From Abditibacteriaceae bacterium (GTDB taxonomy: Bacteria > Armatimonadota > Abditibacteriia > Abditibacteriales > Abditibacteriaceae), in the NCBI GenBank assembly GCA_031372065.1, contig JANMKN010000039.1, positions 1 through 13,540 of the forward strand: DNA of 13,540 bases, read 5' to 3'. This document shows positions 6,614-13,540 of the stretch, in pieces. Every line of letters begins with the position of its first letter. The stretch's first letter is position 1. The position numbers and the translations under genes are program-made. The notes beneath the pieces are model-generated. The model did not search any database. It saw nothing but the letters and a program-made list of their open reading frames with translations, and was not told where the DNA came from.

Positions 6614-8923
6614 TTAAATCATATCACGCAAGGCTAATCCCAGAGCCACAGCCAGTGCTGGGCCGTTGGCATCAATGAAATCGGGCGATACTTGCGCGGA
6701 ACGCAAGGGCAAACGTGCCAACGGGTTGCCGATACTCACCGGGATGCCTAATTCTTGCGTAAAATAAGCATCTATATTCTTCATGCGCGCCCCGCCACCG
6801 ATCAAAACAACGCGCCGCACAGCGGCATCGGGATAGCGGCTGGCGTGATATTCCAGTGAACGCCGCACTTCAGCGATCAATTCTTCCAATTGCAGGGACA
6901 GAATAGAATACACGGTGGAGGCGTCAATGCCAATCATGGGCGTGTCGCCGGCGCCGGCCAATCCAGCGCCAAAGTTTTCAAAACCGCCCAAATCTGCAAA
7001 TCCAAAATCGTCGGCTGGTCTTGGGGCAGCGGCGGCTACTGCCACCGGAGCGGCAGTCACTGCACCTGTATCAAACGCTGAGAAATCGCTCGCTGCGGCC
7101 TCTGCGCCAAAGAGTGAGTCCAAATCAAAATCGTCCTCATTTTCAGCAGCGCCAGAAACGGGCACACCTGCCGGTTTAATGTCGGAGAACTCAGAAAGAT
7201 CATAAGCCGATTCCGCCGGGGCGCTTGGCACGACGATTTCGTCGTCTACAGCAGATTCAGCCACTAATGTATCAAAATCCGGCAAATCCAGTGTGGAGGC
7301 AGGCTGCGTTACTGCTTGAGACACAGTGGCAGGAGGCACAGTGGCAGGCGGCGCGTCAGCGACCCACGACTCGGCTTCTTCGGGCGAATCAAAGGAAAAT
7401 TTGGAAGCTCCAGATTGTGTAGTTTCCGCCGGTTTCGCATCGCTCAAATTCAGATTAGCTACGGGCACCGCAGGGACTGGGGCTTCTTCGACAGGACTTG
7501 ATGCAATAAGCGGAGTTGCTGGCGGAACTGCCGGAGCCGCATCGTCAAAGGAAAAATTAAAAGCCGAAGCATCTGGTGCGGCCTCTTCCTTGGTTTCTGG
7601 CGTTTTGGAGGCATCGTCGTCGCCTCCAAAATTGGAAAAGTCGAAGTTGAATGGCTCGTTTTCTTTTTGCCCGTGTTGCTCGCCCGGTTCTTGATTTTGT
7701 GGGCCTTGCGTATAAAAATCGGGATCAAAGGGATCGTCGGTGCGTGGCGCAGTTGATACATGACCAACAGGCGCGGCGGGAGCCTCATCGAAGGCTTCAA
7801 AATGGGTATCAAAGTTCTCGAAGTCACCGGCTGCATTGGGCTGTGCGCCTTGGTCATCACCACCGAAAACGCCAAAATCGCTCCAATCGTCCGAAGCGTG
7901 ACTGCCAACCGAAGCAGTTTGGGGCGGCAGGGCGTCGGCCATTTCCAATTTCAATCGCTCGGCATCATGCCACGGCAAAGCCAAATGGTCTATCAGCGAC
8001 TGCGTGAAGTCATTACCGCCTTTGGGCACGCTGCGCGTAAATACCAACAAATCGCCGCGCAATACCGAAATTTCCGTGGCAGTGGCGCCCAAATTGATGA
8101 CGGCGCTCACATCAAAATAATCAACATAGCCTTCATCGGAAAGCGATGAATTTAAATCGGCAACTGAGCGAGCGGCGGCCAAAGGCTCCACATCCACCGC
8201 ACGCGGATCGAGTTTAGCGCTGGTAATGACGGTAATATGAGCGTCTACCACTTCGCTTTGTGCGGCGGCCAGCAGCACTTCCATGTTGGGCGCGTCGGGA
8301 TCGCTGGGCAATTCACGCAAAGCCTTGAAGTCCATAATAACTTCCGAAGGCGGAAAAGGAATGTAGCGCTCGGCGTCCTGACTCATGTTCTCAATGAGTT
8401 CTTTGTCCGTCATGCGCGGCACTTCGATAACGCGCACCACCAGACTGCCGGTGCCCGACACCGAACTAATGACTTTGCGCGACTTGATGCGCGAAACTTT
8501 CAACAAATCCTTGATGGCGCCCGCTAAGGCCGTGGTGTTCATAACCACGCCATTGGCGATGCTGTCGCTGGGGGTTGCGACTTCTCCTGCGCCGGTGATG
8601 CTTAATGCCCCGTTTTTGACGGTGACTTCAACGGCTTTAATAGAATGCTGACCAATGTTCAGTCCGAGCATCACGCCGTTTTTCATCAATTTGCGGCGAC
8701 GGGGAGCAGGCGGCGGAGGCGGTGGCGCATCAGCAACAGCGGTGTCATCGCCGTGTCCGGTCAATTCCGCCAGTTCATCAGCCGCTAATGCGCCGACTTC
8801 TTCGCCTTTTTTCTTGCCAAAGCCTTTTTTCGCTTTGACGGGCTTTGGTGTTTTGGCGGGCTTGGGAGCTTTAGGCGGCTTAGGCGCCGCAGGCGCATCC
8901 GATTTTTTTCCTAAAAGAGCCAT
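6614..8923 (-). CDS. pilM: Type IV pilus assembly protein PilM (actin/FtsA-like fold) with a long acidic insertion, ~769 aa
   Basis: PilM motifs GLNIGQHSIKAVEV, VVRVIEVP, AERYIPFPPSEVIMDF, MEVLLAAA, VDVEPLA, INLGATATEI, GGNDFT, AERLK, EVRRSLEY, LIGGGARM, ALAVALGLALR. The start is placed at ATG 8923 (MALLGKK) because the listed 9013 start abuts the putative -10 box; the exact start is uncertain (no SD). Confidence 0.92.
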   Translation of the reverse strand: MALLGKKSDAPAAPKPPKAPKPAKTPKPVKAKKGFGKKKGEEVGALAADELAELTGHGDDTAVADAPPPPPPAPRRRKLMKNGVMLGLNIGQHSIKAVEVTVKNGALSITGAGEVATPSDSIANGVVMNTTALAGAIKDLLKVSRIKSRKVISSVSGTGSLVVRVIEVPRMTDKELIENMSQDAERYIPFPPSEVIMDFKALRELPSDPDAPNMEVLLAAAQSEVVDAHITVITSAKLDPRAVDVEPLAAARSVADLNSSLSDEGYVDYFDVSAVINLGATATEISVLRGDLLVFTRSVPKGGNDFTQSLIDHLALPWHDAERLKLEMADALPPQTASVGSHASDDWSDFGVFGGDDQGAQPNAAGDFENFDTHFEAFDEAPAAPVGHVSTAPRTDDPFDPDFYTQGPQNQEPGEQHGQKENEPFNFDFSNFGGDDDASKTPETKEEAAPDASAFNFSFDDAAPAVPPATPLIASSPVEEAPVPAVPVANLNLSDAKPAETTQSGASKFSFDSPEEAESWVADAPPATVPPATVSQAVTQPASTLDLPDFDTLVAESAVDDEIVVPSAPAESAYDLSEFSDIKPAGVPVSGAAENEDDFDLDSLFGAEAAASDFSAFDTGAVTAAPVAVAAAAPRPADDFGFADLGGFENFGAGLAGAGDTPMIGIDASTVYSILSLQLEELIAEVRRSLEYHASRYPDAAVRRVVLIGGGARMKNIDAYFTQELGIPVSIGNPLARLPLRSAQVSPDFIDANGPALAVALGLALRDMI

Positions 8924-9011
8924 GATTTTTGAAATAAAGGCGATTCTGAAAAGATTCGTCGAAAGGTTTTGAGCAACCCGAATCCGTTGCGAATTTTTAA
9001 TGGGTGCTAAC

Positions 9012-9041
9012 AATTTATTATAGCACGCAGGCCAGCGTCAA
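9012..9041 (-). promoter_or_regulatory. Sigma70-type promoter for the pil cluster
   Basis: The minus strand reads TTGACG-ctggcctgcg-TGCTATAAT-aaatt. This contains a consensus extended -10 (TGnTATAAT, 9025-9017). TTGACG (9041-9036) is only 13 nt from TATAAT but 18 nt from an alternative TAAATT (9017-9012). Confidence 0.6.
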
Positions 9042-9152
9042 CGCCCGTGTTTCCCATGAAAGTTCGATTGGTGTCGACAAAACGAAATATTGGCGGAGCG
9101 TAGCAGCACCCAACGTTGCTAAACTACGCCGCGCTCAAAAGGATAAGGCCCT

Positions 9153-9173
9153 TTTACTTTACCGTAAAGTGAA
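9153..9173. promoter_or_regulatory. Operator-like palindrome in the divergent pilM/hisG region
   Basis: ACTTTAC-C-GTAAAGT (9156-9170), a perfect 7-1-7 dyad with partly symmetric TT/AA flanks, about 40 nt upstream of hisG. Confidence 0.4.
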
Positions 9174-9210
9174 GTGCGGGTCTTTACCATATTTTCTGAC
9201 TGAGGTTTCT

Positions 9211-10107
9211 GTGACTGTTTCCGACAATACAAATGTCCGCCGCCTGCGTCTGGGATTGCCCAAAGGCAGTTTGCAAGACGCCACCATCCGCATGATGGGC
9301 CGCGCGGGTTGGACAATCAATGTTAGTTCCCGCTCTTATTATCCGACGGTTGACGACGACGAATTAGAAATTATTCTGCTGCGCGCCCAAGAAATTGCCC
9401 GCTATGTGGAAGATGGCGTGCTGGATTGCGGCATTACCGGCTACGACAACGTGCTGGAATGCAACGCCGATGTGCATGAAGTGACCGAACTGATTTATTC
9501 AAAAGCCACATCGCGCCCTTATCGTTGGGTTTTGGCTGTTCCCAAAGGCTCGCCCATTCGCGGCCCGCAAGATTTGCAGGGCAAGCGCATCGCAACAGAA
9601 TTAGTCAACGTTACGAAAAATTACCTGAAGTCGCACGGCGTCGAAGCCGAAGTGGAATTTTCGTGGGGCGCCACCGAAGTCAAAGTGCCCGACTTAGTGG
9701 ACGCCATCGTCGAAGGCACCGAAACAGGCTCGACTTTGCGCGCTCATGGCTTGGAAATCATTGATGAATTGCTGTCTTCCACCACGCGTTTAGTCGCCAA
9801 TCACGATTCATTCGGCGACGCATGGAAGCGCACGAAAATCGAAACGCTGGCGACTTTGCTATTGGCTGCCTTGCAAGCCGAATCGCGCGTCGGCCTGAAA
9901 ATGAACGCGCCGCGCGAAAAATTAGAAGAAATCATTGCTTTGCTGCCCGCGATGCGCGAACCGACGGTTTCACCGCTCGCCCATGACGATTGGGTCGCGC
10001 TCGAAATTATCGCCGAAGAAAAACAAGTGCGCGATCTCATTCCGCGCCTGCTGCAAATCGGCGCCACAGGCATCATTGAATATCCGCTAAATAAAGTCAT
10101 CCCGTAA
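9211..10107 (+). CDS. hisG: ATP phosphoribosyltransferase, long form (~298 aa)
   Basis: LRLGLPKGSL, LRAQEIARYVEDGVLDCGITGYD, KRIATE, EFSWGATEVK, DAIVEGTETGSTLRAHGL, and the C-terminal regulatory domain (LPAMREPTVSPL...GATGIIEYPLNKVIP). Start set at GTG 9211 after GAGGT, not at the listed 9004. Confidence 0.96.
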   Translation: MTVSDNTNVRRLRLGLPKGSLQDATIRMMGRAGWTINVSSRSYYPTVDDDELEIILLRAQEIARYVEDGVLDCGITGYDNVLECNADVHEVTELIYSKATSRPYRWVLAVPKGSPIRGPQDLQGKRIATELVNVTKNYLKSHGVEAEVEFSWGATEVKVPDLVDAIVEGTETGSTLRAHGLEIIDELLSSTTRLVANHDSFGDAWKRTKIETLATLLLAALQAESRVGLKMNAPREKLEEIIALLPAMREPTVSPLAHDDWVALEIIAEEKQVRDLIPRLLQIGATGIIEYPLNKVIP

Positions 10108-10128
10108 ATCGAAACTCGTCAATCGAAA

Positions 10129-10728
10129 ATGCTTATAGGTCTGACTGGTGGCATCGCGTCCGGCAAAAGCACAGTGGCGCGGCTTTTGAAAGAGCGCGGC
10201 GCGGTGCATATTGACGCCGATGCCATTGTTCACGAACTTTATGCGGACACAAAATTCGCGGCGCAAGTGCAATCACTGTTTGAATCGCCCGTTTTAGATG
10301 CGCAGGGCCGTGTTGATCGCGCCCAATTAGGAAAAATCGTTTTCGCAGATGCCGAAGCGTTAAAGCGCCTTGAGAATTTAGTGCATCCGGCGGTCAGGCA
10401 ATGGCGCGATGCAAAACTGCGCGAAAATGCAGACGCCAAGTGCATCGTTTATGAAGCGGTGAAACTCATTGAGTCGTTGCAAACCGTAAAATGCGATGTG
10501 ATTTGGTGCGTTTTCAGCGAACCCGCCATTCAAATGCGGCGCCTGATGGAAACACGAAATCTCAGTGAAGCCGAAGCCCGTTCGCGCTTGGCACATCAAC
10601 CGCCTTTGACAGAAAAACGCTTGCTTTTGCAGCAAAGCGCGAACGAAGTGCCGTTTCTCGTCATCGAAAACAATGGCACGCTGGAAGAACTCGAAGCCAA
10701 AGTCGAGAAACAGGTAAGGCAAAAGTGA
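10129..10728 (+). CDS. coaE: Dephospho-CoA kinase
   Basis: MLIGLTGGIASGKSTV (P-loop), IDADAIVHELY, VDRAQLGKIVFAD, LENLVHPAV, IENNGTLEEL; 199 aa. Confidence 0.95.
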   Translation: MLIGLTGGIASGKSTVARLLKERGAVHIDADAIVHELYADTKFAAQVQSLFESPVLDAQGRVDRAQLGKIVFADAEALKRLENLVHPAVRQWRDAKLRENADAKCIVYEAVKLIESLQTVKCDVIWCVFSEPAIQMRRLMETRNLSEAEARSRLAHQPPLTEKRLLLQQSANEVPFLVIENNGTLEELEAKVEKQVRQK

Positions 10729-10787
10729 TGAGTGAAAAGTAACTGCCTAAGACTTTTCACTCATCACTTTTCACTTTTCACTAACGA
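10721..10787. repeat. 20-bp perfect inverted repeat built from 7-bp tandem units
   Basis: AAAAGTGATGAGTGAAAAGT (10721-10740) / ACTTTTCACTCATCACTTTT (10752-10771) with an 11-nt loop, then further CACTTTT and CACTAAC heptamers. It overlaps the coaE stop codon. Confidence 0.85.
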
Positions 10788-10800
10788 ATCACTTTGTATT

Positions 10801-11745
10801 ATGGATATTGAACAATTTGCCGAACGCGTTAATCGCCTGACGGCTAACATTGAGCAAGTCATCGTGGGCAAGCGTGATGTGGTGGAAGGCTGCTTAATCG
10901 GCCTTTTATCGGGCGGTCACGTTTTGCTGGAGGATGTGCCGGGCGTTGGTAAAACGACATTAGCCAAAGCGCTGGCGCGCAGTTTGGGGGCGGCTTATAA
11001 GCGCATCCAGTTCACGCCCGATTTATTGCCATCCGATGTAACGGGCACGGCCATTTTCGATCAGGCCGAACAAAATTTCAAGTTCCATGAAGGCCCGCTT
11101 TTTACGCACGTCGTTTTGGCCGATGAAATTAATCGCGCGGCGCCAAAAACGCAAAGCGCTCTGCTCGAAGCAATGGAAGAAGGGCAAATCACCATTGACC
11201 GCACCACGCATTTTTTGCCGACGCCTTTTTTCGTCATCGCCACGCAAAATCCCATCGAATATGAAGGCGTTTTTCCGCTGCCCGAATCGCAATTAGACCG
11301 CTTTGCTTTGCGTTTGTCAGTGGGCTATCCCGATTTGGAATCGGAAAAGGCCATGATGAAAAGCCAGCGCGTGCATCATCCGTTGGACGATTTGCAAAGT
11401 ATCACTACCGTTGAAGAAATCCGGGCTATGCAGCAGTTGGTGCATGAAATATCGGTGCATGATCGGGTTTACGACTACGTTTTACGTTTGGCGCACGCCA
11501 CCCGTCAGCATCGGCAATTAGCCCTTGGCCTCAGTCCGCGCGGCGCACTTACATTAACGCGCGCGGCGCAGGCATTAGCCGCCTCGCGCGGGCGCGATTA
11601 TGTCACGCCCGATGATGTCAAAACCGTCGCTGTGCCCGTCATGTCACATCGCCTCATTCCGCATCCCGAAGCGCGGCTTTCCGGTTTTTCTACGGAAAAT
11701 TTAGTGGAAGAACTGCTGCGCTCAGTGCCTCTCGAAGCAAAATAA
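10801..11745 (+). CDS. moxR: MoxR-family AAA+ ATPase (~314 aa)
   Basis: GHVLLEDVPGVGKT (Walker A), RIQFTPDLLPSDVTG, VLADEINRAAPKTQSALLEAMEE (Walker B), ATQNPIEYEGVFPLPESQLDRF, GLSPRG, RDYVTPDDVK. Start set at ATG 10801; the listed 10732 extension runs through the repeat hairpin. Confidence 0.95.
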   Translation: MDIEQFAERVNRLTANIEQVIVGKRDVVEGCLIGLLSGGHVLLEDVPGVGKTTLAKALARSLGAAYKRIQFTPDLLPSDVTGTAIFDQAEQNFKFHEGPLFTHVVLADEINRAAPKTQSALLEAMEEGQITIDRTTHFLPTPFFVIATQNPIEYEGVFPLPESQLDRFALRLSVGYPDLESEKAMMKSQRVHHPLDDLQSITTVEEIRAMQQLVHEISVHDRVYDYVLRLAHATRQHRQLALGLSPRGALTLTRAAQALAASRGRDYVTPDDVKTVAVPVMSHRLIPHPEARLSGFSTENLVEELLRSVPLEAK

Positions 11746-11819
11746 GCAATAAAACATAAGGTGGAAACAAACAGGGGGCGTGAGTTTCATAAAATTGACC
11801 TCAAGGGGAGAACGATTTT

Positions 11820-13315
11820 ATGACACACATTACACGTCGTGGTCTGATTAAAGGCGCGGCGGCTGGAACCGCTGCGCTCGCAGGTTCGCGTTTGTTGGAT
11901 TTACCTTATTTAATGGCGCAAGCCGCACCAACAGGCGACAAAGCCAAATTGCGCACTGCTGTTATCGGCTGTGGCGGGCGCGGCACTGGCACGCTGCTGC
12001 CGCCCGCTGCCAAAGAAAATTTGGTGGCTCTTGTAGACCCAGACCCCAAAAAAGTGGCCGAGGCTCTGGCTCGTGCTGCCAAAGAAGGCTCCGACAAAGA
12101 CAAAATCAAAACTTTCGGCGATTATCGCAAGTTTTTCGATGAAATGGCGAAAGAAGTAGATGCCGTTTTCATCGCCACGCCCAATCATCATCATGCCCTG
12201 CCTGCGCTTTTGGCAATGGAACGGGGCATCGCCACCTTTGTGGAAAAGCCGATGGCGTATAGCATTCACGAAGCGCGCTTGATGGCTGCCTTCGCCGATA
12301 AATATAAAGTCTCGACGCAAATGGGCAATCAAGGTCATGTGCTTGGTTACTATCATATTCTGGTCGAAATGATTCAGGCCGGGGCGATTGGCAATGTAAC
12401 TGAAGTTTATTCGTGGTGTGATCGCCAAAATGGAGGCGTTGGGCCGCGTCCACCAGCGATGCCACCGCCCAATGGCATGGATTGGGACGCATGGATTGGC
12501 CCGGCTCCTTATAGGGATTATCATGCCGATAAAATCGTGAAGGGCAAAGATGGCAAAGAAAAAATTTATCCTATGCATCCGCACGATTGGCACCATTGGC
12601 ACGATTACGGCGGCGGCTCGCTGGGCAACATGGGCTGTCATGTCTTAGACGGCGCGCATTGGGCCTTGAACCTGAATGGTCCTTCTTCCTTTGAAGTCGA
12701 AGAAGTCGTTGGCGGCACTGATGAGCGTTATCCGATTGGCACACGTATTCGCTGGGAATTTCCTCAACGCGGCGCTATGCCACCGGTGAAACTGTTTTGG
12801 TATGATGGACGCGCTCCGCAAAGCAAATCCAAGGACGAAGGCGAGGACGATAGTGTCGCCAAGTCCGCGCAATACCTGCCGCCGCTGCTTTTGGAATTAA
12901 AGGAAAAATACAAAGGCACCAAAGAAGAATTCGACAGCAACGGCACACTTTTTGTGGGCGACAAAGGCATTATGTATACCGGCACCTCGGGGGCGGCGTG
13001 CGCATCGTGCCCAAAACCAAAAACGACGAATACTTGAAAGAAAACGGCAAGCCCAAAGAAACCCTGCGACGCAGTGGCAAAGGCGGGCACACCGACGATT
13101 TTTTGCGGGGCATTCGCGAACCGGGCTATCAACCGCTGTCAAATTTTGGCGAAGCCTCCAAACTGACCGAATTCATTTTGCAAGGCTGCACTGCGCTGCG
13201 CCTGCCAAATCAGGGCATCGGCACCAAAGTCGAATGGGACGGCAAGCAAAGCACCAATTCAAAAGAGTTCAATGCCCTTATCGAGCGCAAATATCGCGAA
13301 GGATGGAAGTATTGA
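11820..13315 (+). pseudogene. Tat-exported Gfo/Idh/MocA-family NAD(P)-dependent oxidoreductase, frameshifted near 12989-12993 (true pseudogene or sequencing error); ~498 aa if repaired
   Basis: Tat signal ITRRGLIKGAAAG; Rossmann AVIGCGGRG; DAVFIATPNHHH; VEKPMA; TQMGNQG; MDWDAWIGPAP; GSLGNMGCH. The first frame degrades after YTGTSG and stops at 13037. The -1 frame (12998-13315) continues with a family-typical C-terminus (NFGEASKLTEFIL...EWDG...RKYREGW). Confidence 0.85.
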
Positions 13316-13407
13316 ATTCTGTGTGCCGCCGAACCGAGGAGGCACGCGACACAGAACAGCGGTAGCCGAACCAAAAAATGCGGCGAAAGTTGGCTTCTGT
13401 GGCGCGC

Positions 13408-13540
13408 CGAAGCGTTTTTTTGCTCCGAAAAAAGCCTCCGCTCGTGGGCGGAGCGTTTTTTCCCTCCGCGAAAACGCTTCGCCCGTGGGCGGAACATTTT
13501 TTTGCTCCGCGAAAAGGCTTCGCCCGTGGGCGGAGACTTT
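13408..13540. repeat. 41-bp palindromic tandem repeat array (REP/BIME-like), truncated by the window edge
   Basis: Units start at 13408, 13449, 13490 and 13531 (partial). Approximate consensus CGGAGCGTTTTTTTGCTCCGCGAAAAnGCTTCGCCCGTGGG. There are no unique spacers. Confidence 0.85.

Noticed and set aside
8924..9010. c-di-GMP or other riboswitch in the pilM leader
   Set aside because: Only a small GCAAC/GTTGC stem is present; no known aptamer consensus was recognised by eye.
9004..9210. N-terminal extension of HisG, or a His attenuator peptide
   Set aside because: The extension overlaps the pilM promoter and lacks HisG similarity. The short ORF MKVRLVSTKRNIGGA near 9056 contains no His codons.
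11910..12641. 243-aa antisense ORF and other antisense ORFs over the housekeeping genes
   Set aside because: These are opposite-strand shadows of well-supported genes with no recognisable motifs.
13317..13356. Terminator after the oxidoreductase (TTCTGTGT...ACACAGAA)
   Set aside because: The inverted repeat is real but has a large interrupted interior and no U tract, so it is too weak to call.
13408..13540. CRISPR array
   Set aside because: The units are contiguous 41-bp near-copies with no unique spacers, and no cas genes are in the window.

Overview
This is a bacterial chromosomal window, probably from a diderm; an Armatimonadota/Abditibacteriota-like origin is a guess only. The left two-thirds (minus strand, 8923 to <1) is a type IV pilus/T2SS-like envelope assembly cluster: pilM, pilN, pilO, a TM-anchored pilP-like gene, a stand-alone 'secretin N-terminus only' gene, and a secretin that runs off the left edge. 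The secretin is absent from the supplied ORF track and was translated by hand (open frame, at least 757 codons). Divergently, on the plus strand, are hisG (long form), coaE, a MoxR AAA+ ATPase and a Tat-exported Gfo/Idh/MocA oxidoreductase split by a one-base frameshift at a G5 run. A 41-bp palindromic tandem repeat array follows and runs off the right edge. The pilus cluster is the most unusual part. PilM carries a ~330-aa acidic/Phe-rich insertion and Asp-to-Asn changes in both phosphate loops. The secretin has a ~200-aa Tyr/Pro/Gly/Gln-rich insertion inside its N3-type domain. The gene just upstream is a barrel-less secretin-like protein ending in GGFGG repeats. Several structured intergenic elements are also present. 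All calls come from reading motifs by eye; no searches were run.
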